From Bacillota bacterium (lineage in GTDB: Bacteria; Bacillota_I; Bacilli_A; RF39; UBA660), in assembly GCA_023460995.1 (NCBI GenBank), contig JAEWOE010000002.1, forward strand, positions 77,809-141,808: a DNA stretch of 64,000 nucleotides. The letters run 5' to 3'. The notes under the pieces are model-generated. The model was not told the DNA's origin. It searched no databases and saw only the letters and a list, made by a program, of their open reading frames with translations. The first letter of the stretch is position 1. Every line of letters starts with the position of its first letter. The position numbers and the translations under genes are program-made. Positions 8,427-18,629 of the stretch are shown one piece after another.

Positions 8427-9599
8427 ATGACAGTTGTTTCAATGAATTATTTATTAGAAGCAGGCGTTCACTTTGGTCATCAGACTAAAAGATGGAACCC
8501 AAAAATGAAAGAGTATATCTTTACTTCAAGAGATGATATTTATATTATCGATTTACAAAAAACTGCTAAAAAGATTGAAGAGGCTTATGCAGCTTTAAAT
8601 GCTATAGCAGCTAATGGTGGTAAAGTATTATTCGTAGGAACAAAAAAACAAGCAGTAGAGGCTGCTAAAGAAGAAGCTACTCGTTCAAATTCATTCTATG
8701 TTACAGAAAGATGGTTAGGTGGAACTTTAACAAACTTCAAAACAATTAGAAGCAGAGTTAAAAGATTAGAAGAAATCGAAAAAATGGAAAAAGATGGTAC
8801 TTTTGAAGTACTACCTAAAAAAGAAGTTATCGGTCTAAGAAAAGAGTATGCAAAACTTGATACTTTATTATCAGGAATAAGAGGAATGTATAAATTACCT
8901 AGTGCTATGGTTATAGTTGATCCTTCAAAAGAAGATATCGCTATTAAGGAAGCTAGAAAATTAAATATTCCAGTATTTGGTATCGTAGATACAAATTGTG
9001 ATCCTGATATGGTTGATTATGTAATCCCAGGTAATGATGATGCAATTAGAGCAGTTAAATTAATTTTAGGTGTTTTAGCTAATGCTATCGTTGAAGCTAA
9101 CGGTGGACAATTAGTAAATTATGTATCTGCTGATGAAAAACAACCAACTGATATTATGCAAAAAGCATTAGAAACAGTTAAGAGAAAAGAAGACAGACCA
9201 AGAAGATTTGATAATAATAGATCAAATGATAACAGATCAAATGACAGAAGAGATAACAACAGACCATTTAATAGATATAACAACAATAGACCTAATGATA
9301 ATAGATCAAATGATAGTAGACCTAGCGATAATAGATCGAATGATTATAGATCAAATGATAGAAGAGAATTTAGAAGAGAAGATAGACCAGTAGTAGAAGC
9401 TGTAAAACCTATAGTAGAAGAAAAAGTTGCTGTTAAGGAAGTTGCTCAAGTAGTAGCTCCAGTAGAAGTAAAAAAAGCCGTAGTTAAAGAAGATATGACT
9501 ACTAAAACAGTTGCAGAACTTCGTGATTTAGCAAAAGCTAAAGATGTAAAAGGTTATTCAACAATGAAAAAAGCAGAATTAATTGATGCTTTAAAATAA
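8427..9599 (+). CDS. rpsB: 30S ribosomal protein S2 with long C-terminal extension (N/D/R/S-rich linker plus Rho_N-like domain)
   Basis: [19 protein letters not shown]2 signature. GGAGGA RBS then ATG 8427. About 140 extra C-terminal residues ending [30 protein letters not shown]. Confidence 0.9.
   Translation: MTVVSMNYLLEAGVHFGHQTKRWNPKMKEYIFTSRDDIYIIDLQKTAKKIEEAYAALNAIAANGGKVLFVGTKKQAVEAAKEEATRSNSFYVTERWLGGTLTNFKTIRSRVKRLEEIEKMEKDGTFEVLPKKEVIGLRKEYAKLDTLLSGIRGMYKLPSAMVIVDPSKEDIAIKEARKLNIPVFGIVDTNCDPDMVDYVIPGNDDAIRAVKLILGVLANAIVEANGGQLVNYVSADEKQPTDIMQKALETVKRKEDRPRRFDNNRSNDNRSNDRRDNNRPFNRYNNNRPNDNRSNDSRPSDNRSNDYRSNDRREFRREDRPVVEAVKPIVEEKVAVKEVAQVVAPVEVKKAVVKEDMTTKTVAELRDLAKAKDVKGYSTMKKAELIDALK
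9205..9370 (+). repeat. imperfect tandem repeat (about 15 nt unit AATAGATCAAATGAT) inside rpsB 3' region
   Basis: Repeated GATAATAGATCAAATGA(T/C)A units encode NDNRSND-type peptide repeats. Confidence 0.7.
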
Positions 9600-9608
9600 A
9601 TTATTTAT

Positions 9609-9638
9609 AGATGATTGAGAAATCATCTTTAATTTTAA
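9609..9638 (+). terminator. intergenic hairpin (partial terminator/attenuator) between rpsB and tsf
   Basis: AGATGATT-GAGA-AATCATCT stem-loop followed by TTAATTTT. Confidence 0.45.
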
Positions 9639-9653
9639 AAGGAGAAAAAATTT

Positions 9654-10529
9654 ATGATAAGTGCTAGTTTAGTAAAAGAATTAAGAGAATCTACAGGTGC
9701 TGGAATGCTTGATTGCAAAAAAGCACTAGAAGCTACTAATGGAGACATGGATGCTGCTGTAGATTGGCTAAGAGAAAAAGGTATTTCAAAAGCTGCTAAA
9801 AAAGCTGATCGTATTGCTGCTGAAGGTTTAGCTGAAATAAAAATTTCTGGAAATATTGCTGCTATAGTAGAAGTAAATTCAGAAACAGATTTTGTTGCTA
9901 AGAATGAAGAATTTACTTCAATGGTTGATGCAATTCTTACTACAATTATTGCAAATACTCCTGAAACAGTAGAAGATGTACTTGCTTTAACTTATGAAAG
10001 TGGAACAATTAATGATTTAATCGTTAATAAAACAGCTAAAATTGGAGAAAAATTATCATTAAGAAGATTCGAAAGAATTGAAAAAAATGATAATCAAGTT
10101 TTTGGTTCATACATTCATATGGGTGGAAGAATTGCTGTTTTAACATTAATTGAAAATGCTAGTGAAGAAGTTGCTAAAGATGTTTCTATGCATTCTGCAG
10201 CAATGAGACCTGCATATGTTAAATCTTCTGATGTTCCAACTGATGTACTTGACAAAGAAAAAGAAATAATGAAAGAACAATTACTAAATGAAGGTAAACC
10301 TGCTGATAGAATCGAAGGTATCCTAGTTGGTAAAGTTAAAAAATATTATGAAGATGTTTGTCTTGAAAATCAAATCTTTATTAAAGCAGAAAATAAAGAA
10401 ACAGTTGCTGAGTTCGTAGCTAATAATGGTGGAACAATTTCTACTATGGTTCGTTATGAAGTTGGTGAAGGAATGGAAAAAAGAGAAGAAAATTTTGCAG
10501 AAGAAGTTGCAAAACAAATTAACGGATAA
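9654..10529 (+). CDS. tsf: elongation factor Ts
   Basis: LVKELRESTGAGMLDCKKAL UBA-like N-terminus and conserved EF-Ts core. Confidence 0.95.
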   Translation: MISASLVKELRESTGAGMLDCKKALEATNGDMDAAVDWLREKGISKAAKKADRIAAEGLAEIKISGNIAAIVEVNSETDFVAKNEEFTSMVDAILTTIIANTPETVEDVLALTYESGTINDLIVNKTAKIGEKLSLRRFERIEKNDNQVFGSYIHMGGRIAVLTLIENASEEVAKDVSMHSAAMRPAYVKSSDVPTDVLDKEKEIMKEQLLNEGKPADRIEGILVGKVKKYYEDVCLENQIFIKAENKETVAEFVANNGGTISTMVRYEVGEGMEKREENFAEEVAKQING

Positions 10530-10601
10530 GAGATTAGTAATAATCTCTTTTTTAGTGTCAAAAAGTACAGCCAATTACATATACTAAAATAGGTGATATG
10601 C

Positions 10602-10970
10602 ATGGAAAAAGTCGCGTTATTTAAAGAGTTCGTCAAAAAAAACCCAATGTTATTAAAGTATATTAAAAATAATGAAATGACATGGCAAAAGTTTTACGAA
10701 ATATATGATATGTACGGAGAAGAAGACAGTGCTTGGAAAGATTATTTATCGGTAAAAGAAACTACCGCTGTTGCTGCAACTTCTGGTTTTGCACTTGGTG
10801 ATTTATTATCTTGGTTAAAAAACATTAATTTGGATAGTGTTCAAGAAGGTATGCAGAGTTTACAACGAGTAGTTAGCGTTATGGGCGATGTTTCAAATAA
10901 AAAGAATAATAACAATAATATGGATCCAGAATATAAACCAAGACCATTATACAAGCACTTTGATGACTAA
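10602..10970 (+). CDS. YlbD-like protein (putative coat protein family)
   Basis: Small protein with YlbD-like features; sits upstream of YlbE-like and rsmD genes as in B. subtilis ylbD-ylbE-...-ylbH. AGGTGA RBS then ATG 10602. Confidence 0.4.
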   Translation: MEKVALFKEFVKKNPMLLKYIKNNEMTWQKFYEIYDMYGEEDSAWKDYLSVKETTAVAATSGFALGDLLSWLKNINLDSVQEGMQSLQRVVSVMGDVSNKKNNNNNMDPEYKPRPLYKHFDD

Positions 10971-11191
10971 TGCAGTTAGATACACAGTTTAAATTAAAAC
11001 AAAATCCATATTATATTAATTATTTAAGAAGTAATTCATATTGGTATAAAATTCTTACGAGAGAACCTACAAAGGTAAATGACTTTATAGGAGAATTCAA
11101 AAAATACAATCGCCAAGTTAAGACAAATAAAATATCAGAAACTTTAGAATATATAGAGATGTTAGGAACTATAATGTCAAGTTTAAAATAA
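10970..11191 (+). CDS. YlbE-like small protein
   Basis: Start overlaps upstream stop (TAATG). Small conserved-type protein in ylb synteny; low sequence certainty. Confidence 0.4.
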   Translation: MQLDTQFKLKQNPYYINYLRSNSYWYKILTREPTKVNDFIGEFKKYNRQVKTNKISETLEYIEMLGTIMSSLK

Positions 11192-11219
11192 TATGATATA
11201 ATATTCCCTAGGTGATATT

Positions 11220-11759
11220 ATGCGTATAATAAGTGGTAAATATAAAGGAAGAAAAGTTGAAGGATATACCATAGATGGTACAAGACCTACTATGGATAGA
11301 GTAAAAGAATCTGTTCTTGGAATGATTCAAACTAAATTAGATGATAGTATATGTTTAGATTTATTTACTGGCAGTGGATCAGTAGGTATAGAGTTTCTTA
11401 GTAATGGTGCTAAGAAGTGTTATTTTGTTGATAATAATTATAAGGTTATAGAAACATTGAATAATAATATGAAATCATTAAAAGTTGATAATGAGTATGA
11501 AGTTATTAAAAATAATTTTGAAAATGCTCTTAAAGACTTTAATAATAGAGGGATTAAATTTGATATTGTTTTTCTCGATCCTCCATATAAATTAAATTAC
11601 ATTAATCCAGCTATTAGTTTAATAAAAGAATATGATTTACTAAATAATAATGGAATTATTATATGTGAGTATGAGAATGAAGAAATAAACACAGAAGAAT
11701 ATACGCTATTTAAAGAAAGAAAATATGGTAGTAAAAAAATTAATATATATAAAAAATAA
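11220..11759 (+). CDS. rsmD: 16S rRNA (guanine966-N2)-methyltransferase RsmD
   Basis: SGKYKGRK...RPTMDRVKES...LDLFTGSGSVGIEFLSNGA...FLDPPY motifs. Confidence 0.8.
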   Translation: MRIISGKYKGRKVEGYTIDGTRPTMDRVKESVLGMIQTKLDDSICLDLFTGSGSVGIEFLSNGAKKCYFVDNNYKVIETLNNNMKSLKVDNEYEVIKNNFENALKDFNNRGIKFDIVFLDPPYKLNYINPAISLIKEYDLLNNNGIIICEYENEEINTEEYTLFKERKYGSKKINIYKK

Positions 11760-11825
11760 TATCTTCTTGGAGATATTTTTTTGTTATTCTAATATTATTT
11801 ATGATATACTAAATTAGGTGATATT

Positions 11826-12947
11826 ATGAAAGAAAGATATAGTGCGTACTTACCAATATGGTTTGTATTAATGCTACCACCACTATCAATATTATTACTT
11901 GGTTGGAATTTTATATTATGTGGTTTAGGTTTAATGATAGGTTTATTAATAATGGGATTACCTAATGGATTTACTAAATATTCAAAAAATATTTTTAAAC
12001 TATGGGGGATAAGTATACTACTTGATTTTATTACTTTTATATTCCTATTAGCGCCTCAAATTTTAAGTAAAATAGATTTTTTTAATAATAATTTGGTTAA
12101 ACCAATAGAGTATAATCCATATTCTAAAGTTTTATCAGCTAGTTATATGACAGTTATATTTTTATTTATTTTATTTTTAGCGTATATTCTTATAAATAAG
12201 TTTGTAATAAAAGGAATAAGTGGCGATAAAATTAAAACTAGAATTATGAGATTTATAATAATTATATGTGTTTTACCATATCTTTTATTTGTTCCTAGTA
12301 CTTTTGTACTTAATGCTGAAAGAAATAATTTAGAGGATTTTAAAGGAACAATTCTTGGTAATAAATCAGAAGTAGTTACTATAATGAAGTACTTGTCTGT
12401 ATCTAATTACATTAGTTCATATGTACTTGATACTCATAAAGAACCATATTCAATGAATCTATATTTAGATCCTATTGATGTTAATTATGTTGCTAAGTTT
12501 GAAATGGATGCTGCAACCATATTTAATTTAATAGATGATGTTAATACAGTTAATTATTCAATGAATGGAATTAAATATACTTATACTATTAATAAGATTA
12601 ATAAAATTTTTAAAGATGTTAAGAATACTAAATTAAGTGAAATACTAAATAGATATACAGATGGTAAGTTTGTTAATTATATCTATTTAGATCATATAGG
12701 TAAATATGACATCTTTGATACATCAGAGTTATGTGAAGAGATAGTACAAGATTTATTTACTTATGAAGGAAACAAGTACTATTTAGTATGTAGTAGTTTA
12801 GAAAATATTAAGCTATTTCGTAATGGTGAAGAAGTTATGAGTTTAAAAGAAGCAATAAATGAAAAAATTATATCTGAAAAGGAATTAGTTGAAAGCCTTA
12901 TTCCAATAGAAACAGATCAGGAATTAGATGAAGATCCTAGTAACTGA
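11826..12947 (+). CDS. hypothetical membrane protein
   Basis: Four N-terminal TM helices then a soluble C-terminal domain; TAGGTGATATTATG start context. Confidence 0.5.
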   Translation: MKERYSAYLPIWFVLMLPPLSILLLGWNFILCGLGLMIGLLIMGLPNGFTKYSKNIFKLWGISILLDFITFIFLLAPQILSKIDFFNNNLVKPIEYNPYSKVLSASYMTVIFLFILFLAYILINKFVIKGISGDKIKTRIMRFIIIICVLPYLLFVPSTFVLNAERNNLEDFKGTILGNKSEVVTIMKYLSVSNYISSYVLDTHKEPYSMNLYLDPIDVNYVAKFEMDAATIFNLIDDVNTVNYSMNGIKYTYTINKINKIFKDVKNTKLSEILNRYTDGKFVNYIYLDHIGKYDIFDTSELCEEIVQDLFTYEGNKYYLVCSSLENIKLFRNGEEVMSLKEAINEKIISEKELVESLIPIETDQELDEDPSN

Positions 12948-13608
12948 TTTTGATAAAACATTCTTCACCAATAATTATGAAAAAAATATTGAGTTAGTAA
13001 ATGAGTTTGTTAAAAGTGGTAATGTATTTATTATAGCTACAGGAAGACCTATATATTTATTAGAACCAGATATTAATAAATATAATATAGATTATAGTTA
13101 CTTAATATGTAATGATGGGGCTGTTATATTTGACAATGGAAAAGGAAAAATATATGAAGATAATATGGATAAAGAAACCGCTGCAAATGTCTATAATGAA
13201 TTACATGATGATTTAAATTTAGAAAGAGTATTTATTGATAATACTTGCTCCTTTTCTACTGATCCTAATGATATTGTTAATGGTATTGTAGCTCTTCCTG
13301 TTGATAGACAAAAAGCTTTAGATACTATTGATTATCTTTGTAATAAATATCCTAATATTCAAGGATATTTAAGTCATAAGTGGGTAAATATTTTAACTAA
13401 GAATGCTTCAAAAGGCAATGCCATAAAATGGCTTGCTAATATAAATAGATGGGATATTAGTGAGATAATTACAGCTGGTGATAATAAAAATGATCTTTCT
13501 ATGAGTAAAGATTTCAATAGTTACGCTATTGAGGGTAATATTGAACTTATGAATCAAACAAAACATGTAGTAAAAGATTTTGCGGAAATGATGGAAGAAA
13601 TAAAATGA
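12928..13608 (+). CDS. HAD-superfamily (Cof-type) hydrolase
   Basis: DFDKTFF motif I, IIATGRP motif II, AGDNKNDLSM motif IV. Confidence 0.75.
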   Translation: MKILVTDFDKTFFTNNYEKNIELVNEFVKSGNVFIIATGRPIYLLEPDINKYNIDYSYLICNDGAVIFDNGKGKIYEDNMDKETAANVYNELHDDLNLERVFIDNTCSFSTDPNDIVNGIVALPVDRQKALDTIDYLCNKYPNIQGYLSHKWVNILTKNASKGNAIKWLANINRWDISEIITAGDNKNDLSMSKDFNSYAIEGNIELMNQTKHVVKDFAEMMEEIK

Positions 13609-13982
13609 AAGTATTAAGTATTAGACAGCCATGGGCTACTCTTATAGTAAAAGGGTATAAAAAATATGAGTTTAGAACCTGGAAAACAAAATATCGCGGA
13701 GAATTATATATTCACGCAAGTAAAGGTGTAGATAAGAATGTGCTAAAGCACTTTGAAAGTTTAGGTTTAGATTATCCGGTGGGATGTATAATTGGAAAAG
13801 TAATTTTAAGTGATTGTGTTCCAGTAACAGAAGAATTTGAAAATAATTTAATAAAAGAAAGTAGTCTTGTTTATGGATTAAGTAAGGGTAGGGGTGGTTA
13901 CGGTTTTAAAGTAACCAACCCAGAAGAAATAGATAAAATTTATGTTAATGGAAAACTTAGTATTTGGGAATATAAAAAATAG
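13605..13982 (+). CDS. ASCH (PUA-like) domain protein
   Basis: SIRQPWATLIVKGYKKYEFRTW ASCH N-terminal signature. Confidence 0.6.
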   Translation: MKVLSIRQPWATLIVKGYKKYEFRTWKTKYRGELYIHASKGVDKNVLKHFESLGLDYPVGCIIGKVILSDCVPVTEEFENNLIKESSLVYGLSKGRGGYGFKVTNPEEIDKIYVNGKLSIWEYKK

Positions 13983-13990
13983 ACTTTCGT

Positions 13991-14857
13991 CTATTTTTTT
14001 TCATATAATTTAATATCTTCTTTCGCCTTTTCAATAGGTACTAATTCTTGCCTTAATGAATTTAATTGCTCTAATTTTTCACTAATTGATAAATCATTAT
14101 TGACTTCTTTGATCTCTTTTTTATTTATTATAATTTCTTTTTTCTTTGAATATTCTTTTTCATTTTCTTCATTACTGTATAAAAAAGACTCATCACTTGG
14201 TAAATTTTTAAGTTCTTTTAATTCTTCGTCTTTTTTATAATTAGTGTAATATTTAGTGGCAGTTATAGCTTGAAGAGTACCAGTAATTGCAATCAAAGTG
14301 GCAATTATTGTTGGATTTATAAAAGTTACCATGCTGATATAGCTTATTAACATTGTTAGTGATAAGGAGCCAGTTTTGATTTTCCCGACAATTGTTGTTC
14401 TTGGTTTATTATCATTTAATCTTGAATGCATATTAATTGCTGCTATTAATGTTTCAAGTATTAGGGTTACAAGCATCACAGGATTTAAAATGCAAAGTGG
14501 TATAAGTAAACTTCCAGCAAAAAGTTTATCAGTAATAGGATCTAGTTCTCTACCAAATTCACTAGTAGCATTATATTTTCTAGCATACCAACCATCACAA
14601 AGATCAGTAAAGGCAAAGCCACCAGTAAATAACATGGTAAGAAATAAATTGCCTGACAAAGCTGAAGGAATTATAAAAAATGGAGCAAAAAGTCTAGAAG
14701 CGGTAAAAGCATTAGGAATCTGTTTATGTCTAGTTTCTTTGTTTTTGAACTCCTTAATGCATTTTTTTCCTTCCATGACAAAAACCTTCCAATTATTTAT
14801 AAAACTCTCCTTATCGTCTTTACACTTCTTTTTTAATTTAGTTATTTTATCTAACAT
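13991..14857 (-). CDS. CDP-alcohol phosphatidyltransferase (PgsA-like) with about 100-aa C-terminal charged/coiled-coil extension
   Basis: DLCDGWYARKYNATSEFGRELDPITDK (DGx2ARx8Gx3Dx3D motif). Extra C-terminal KE-rich tail. Confidence 0.7.
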   Translation of the reverse strand: MLDKITKLKKKCKDDKESFINNWKVFVMEGKKCIKEFKNKETRHKQIPNAFTASRLFAPFFIIPSALSGNLFLTMLFTGGFAFTDLCDGWYARKYNATSEFGRELDPITDKLFAGSLLIPLCILNPVMLVTLILETLIAAINMHSRLNDNKPRTTIVGKIKTGSLSLTMLISYISMVTFINPTIIATLIAITGTLQAITATKYYTNYKKDEELKELKNLPSDESFLYSNEENEKEYSKKKEIIINKKEIKEVNNDLSISEKLEQLNSLRQELVPIEKAKEDIKLYEKK

Positions 14858-15038
14858 AGTAGATCCCCCTTTAAAACGTATTAATTATTTTATCACCTTT
14901 TATTATTTTGTCAAACTGCTTTATTGCTTCATATTGCTTTATAATGCAGTATATGACAGTAGTTGACATATTTCACGCATATTGGCTTTAAAAAAGTATT
15001 AAAATTTGATATAATTTATATAGAATGGAGGAACATAA

Positions 15039-18000
15039 ATGAAGAAACTATTAAAAATAATATTATGTATGTCTATAATTCTTTCTAATTTTAGTCCTCT
15101 TTTTGTTAGTAAAGTTAAAGCAGCAGGAATTTATACTGTCGCGATTGCTTATGCTGATAAAGATGTTGATCAAGCTTCTTATGATACATATGATGCTGCA
15201 GTAACTGCTATGAATGCAATTAATTCAAATGATCAAGCGGTAGCAATTATAAAAAATAGTAGTGGACGTATAATAAATGCCAAGTATGCTATAGCTGAAA
15301 TAGATTATCATAATTATATAAAAATAACTACTAGGGATGAGGGTGATAAGTATTTATATTCTACTCCTCAAGATGCAGTAAGTGCTTCTCCAAACAATGC
15401 TAATTTCTTAGCAGCAACAGCCTCAACTTGGGGATCTGACTCAGCTTTTCTAGATTATAATAATACATATCAAGCGGTAAAAGTTAAAATAAGTGGTTTA
15501 ACTGGTTGGATTGCACTATGGGATGTAAGTATAATTCCTATATCAAGATATTATGAATTAAATAATCCTACTAATTATCCAAATAATCGTGCAACAATTA
15601 AGGCCTTAAAAGATGGTGTTAGATTAAGAGCCACTCCGTCTTTAAGTGGGGTAGAAATTGGAAAAGTTTCTGTTACTGGAGCAAGTTACAGGTATTATCC
15701 ATCTGGAACAACATTAGCAGAAGGCTATACATGGTACAAAGTACAATATGATGCTGATACAGTTGGTTATTTTGCTGATAATGGAACGTTCTTTTCAGTA
15801 ATAGATACGTTCAAAAATGATACATATTATTATGTTTATAATAATGTTTTATATCATCAAATACATATGGGTTATGCATTTCCTGAATCAAATACAACTT
15901 TAGGAGATGCACCTTATTACTATGATACAAATGGTAAACATTATCTACTTAGTAATTCTAGTGGTGAAAGAACAGCGGCAAATATTCGTTATTATAGTTT
16001 TGACAGTAACTATTTTTATTCATCTTTTACAAAAATGATTGATGATTATAGATTAGGTGTATATACAAATGCTGTTAATGCAAGTTATCCATATTATCCA
16101 TATTTTATGTATTTGCCAAGTCATGCTAAAACTAATTATGTAGCTGGAACTTTTGATAACTTAATAACAAAGGCTGGATATTCAAGTTTTCCAGTTAATC
16201 CAAAAACTTATGTTAATCCTAGTACAGGAACTTTTTATTCAGGAAGTGCACCAGCAAATCAATCAATGATGTATGGTATAGGATCAACATTAATAAGTGT
16301 TGCTAATACCTATGGTGCTAATGCGCTTACGCTTTACTCAGTAGCAAAAGTTGAGTCAGGTTTTGGAACAAGTGCTATATCATTTTATAAGAATAATTTA
16401 TATGGTATGGGAGCAAGTGATGATAATCCGTTTGGAAATGCAACAACATATAATACAGTAGGAGACTCTGTTTTAGATTATGCTAGGCAAATAGGGCAAA
16501 CTTCATATGCTAATATATTTGATTACAGGTATAGGGGTACTCATTTAGGGAACAAACTAAGTGGTCAAAATATATATTATGCAACTGATCCATATAGTGG
16601 TGAGGCTAAAGGTGGAAGTGCTTACTGGGTTGATAGTGCCAGTGGTAAAATAGATAATAATGCTAATACTTTAGGTGTTACGAGAAGTACTTCAGCGGCT
16701 ACTAAAATCTATTCTGAGCCTAACTCATCAAGTACTGTTATTTATGAAACTAAAAATTACTCTTCAAATAAGGTAATTACTAATATGCCGTTTATTGTAA
16801 CTGACAAAATTAATGTAATAGAGAATGGTCAATCAGCAGTATATTATAAAGTTTATACGGATGTTTCATTAACATCTACAAGACTTCTTACATCAGATAC
16901 AAATGTTATGTATAATTTTGAAAATTGTTATGGATATATTAAAGAAGCTGATTTATATGTAGCAAATAATCAACCTGTAATATCAGCTAGTAATAGAACT
17001 GTAAAACAATATGATACTGTTAATTTATTAACAGGTGTTACAGCTACTGACTTAGAGGATGGCATTTTAACAGGAGATGTTACTGTTTCTAATAATGGTG
17101 GTTATGATATTGAAAAACCTGGAACTTATGTAGTAACTTATACTGTTACAGACAAATCAAAATATAGTGTTTCTAAGGAGGCTACTATTACCGTTGAACC
17201 TAGTGGTAGACCAACAATAGTTGCACCAGATATTGAAACACCACAATTTAAGCCGTTTGACTCTAAAAAAGGTGTTTCTGTACAAGATATAGATGCCGCA
17301 GATCAAAATCTAATTAATAATGTGACTGTAAGTGGAACAGTCGATGTTACAAAAATAGGGGAATATACTTTAACATATACTGTAATTGATACTTATGGTT
17401 CAACTGATACTAAAACTAGAAAAGTTACGGTAGTTGCTAATGAAAAACCGGTTATTAATGCAATAAATCTAACGACATATAAAGGGCAATCATTTAATCC
17501 AATGACAGGAGTTACAGCTACTGATAAAGAAGATGGTGATGTATCAAATTCTATTTCTTACACAGGTTCAGTTGATATGTCAACAATAGGTACATATGAG
17601 CTTACTTATACTGCTAAAGATTTAGATAATCAAGAATCTACAAAAACTATTACCATAACAGTAGAAGAAAAAAAATATACATCAGCTACAGGTATGTTTT
17701 ATTTAAGTAATTTAACTTACAACGAGAACACAACAAAAATTGATTTTACTGGTTATTTAGTAATAAAAGGTATGAATAATACAGTAAGTACTGATATTTC
17801 ATATGACATAATATTTGAAAATCAAAACAACGGTAATACAACTATAAAATCTTTATCAAGATTAACTAGTAATGTTCCATTTGCCGTACCAAACTCTGGT
17901 GGTTTTGATTATTCAGGATCTTGGTTTAAAGAATCACTTAATTTAACAGATTTACCAAGTGGTGATTACACCGTTTATGTAAGAGCAAGAAGTGGTGATT

Positions 18001-18629
18001 ATGAAGCTAAAGTACTATTAAAGAATGAGTATTTTAACACTAAAGTAGCACGCAAATTCACTATTGGTACATCAGGATATCAATTTAGAATTAATTATTA
18101 TAATAGATCTTTACCACTTGAATTATTTGTTAGAAAAAATGGACTAATATCAAGTGTCAATAATCCAACAATCGATAATATGTATAACCAAGTTTATTCA
18201 ATAAGTTTAAGTGGTACAAAGCTTATATTAAAAGCATCTTCTCATAATGTTCAAGGTAATTATGCATCTAGTCAAAATATTGAAAGAGATATTTTATTTG
18301 AGAACGTTGATACATTAGAAATTGCTAAAACAGTTAATGTTGGTGCAATAACAAATGGACCATATAAAGTTAACTTAAAAGTTAGTGATGGTTATGATAA
18401 AACAAAGGTATGGTATTACACTGGTGATAATGGAATTGATTTAGCTGATCTTCCAAAAGGTAAATACTCTATTATTGTTAGAACTAAAGCTGGTTCTATT
18501 GATGATTATGGTGAACTATATGACGTATTATATATGAACATCGATCAGTCACAAAAAATTGGTGATAAAACAATATCTATAAAACGAAATAAAGATATAC
18601 GATATCGTATTGAAATAACTGTAGAATAA
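15039..18629 (+). CDS. secreted cell-wall hydrolase: SH3b-like, N-acetylglucosaminidase (LytD/FlgJ-like), three Ig-like (DUF5011-type) repeats and a C-terminal beta-rich region
   Basis: Signal peptide. AKVESGFGTSAISFYKNNLYGMGA glucosaminidase motif. Three repeats of P(V/T)I...TATD.EDG...GTY.LTYT.D pattern. Confidence 0.75.
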   Translation: MKKLLKIILCMSIILSNFSPLFVSKVKAAGIYTVAIAYADKDVDQASYDTYDAAVTAMNAINSNDQAVAIIKNSSGRIINAKYAIAEIDYHNYIKITTRDEGDKYLYSTPQDAVSASPNNANFLAATASTWGSDSAFLDYNNTYQAVKVKISGLTGWIALWDVSIIPISRYYELNNPTNYPNNRATIKALKDGVRLRATPSLSGVEIGKVSVTGASYRYYPSGTTLAEGYTWYKVQYDADTVGYFADNGTFFSVIDTFKNDTYYYVYNNVLYHQIHMGYAFPESNTTLGDAPYYYDTNGKHYLLSNSSGERTAANIRYYSFDSNYFYSSFTKMIDDYRLGVYTNAVNASYPYYPYFMYLPSHAKTNYVAGTFDNLITKAGYSSFPVNPKTYVNPSTGTFYSGSAPANQSMMYGIGSTLISVANTYGANALTLYSVAKVESGFGTSAISFYKNNLYGMGASDDNPFGNATTYNTVGDSVLDYARQIGQTSYANIFDYRYRGTHLGNKLSGQNIYYATDPYSGEAKGGSAYWVDSASGKIDNNANTLGVTRSTSAATKIYSEPNSSSTVIYETKNYSSNKVITNMPFIVTDKINVIENGQSAVYYKVYTDVSLTSTRLLTSDTNVMYNFENCYGYIKEADLYVANNQPVISASNRTVKQYDTVNLLTGVTATDLEDGILTGDVTVSNNGGYDIEKPGTYVVTYTVTDKSKYSVSKEATITVEPSGRPTIVAPDIETPQFKPFDSKKGVSVQDIDAADQNLINNVTVSGTVDVTKIGEYTLTYTVIDTYGSTDTKTRKVTVVANEKPVINAINLTTYKGQSFNPMTGVTATDKEDGDVSNSISYTGSVDMSTIGTYELTYTAKDLDNQESTKTITITVEEKKYTSATGMFYLSNLTYNENTTKIDFTGYLVIKGMNNTVSTDISYDIIFENQNNGNTTIKSLSRLTSNVPFAVPNSGGFDYSGSWFKESLNLTDLPSGDYTVYVRARSGDYEAKVLLKNEYFNTKVARKFTIGTSGYQFRINYYNRSLPLELFVRKNGLISSVNNPTIDNMYNQVYSISLSGTKLILKASSHNVQGNYASSQNIERDILFENVDTLEIAKTVNVGAITNGPYKVNLKVSDGYDKTKVWYYTGDNGIDLADLPKGKYSIIVRTKAGSIDDYGELYDVLYMNIDQSQKIGDKTISIKRNKDIRYRIEITVE

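Noticed and set aside
9208-9393. 61-aa + strand ORF ([12 protein letters not shown]...) in the track
   Set aside because: It is an alternative reading frame of the tandem-repeat region inside rpsB. Its repetitive peptide arises trivially from the DNA repeat; not a gene.
14376-14966. 196-aa + strand ORF
   Set aside because: Entirely antisense to the well-supported pgsA-like gene; no RBS; AT-rich antisense frames commonly stay open.
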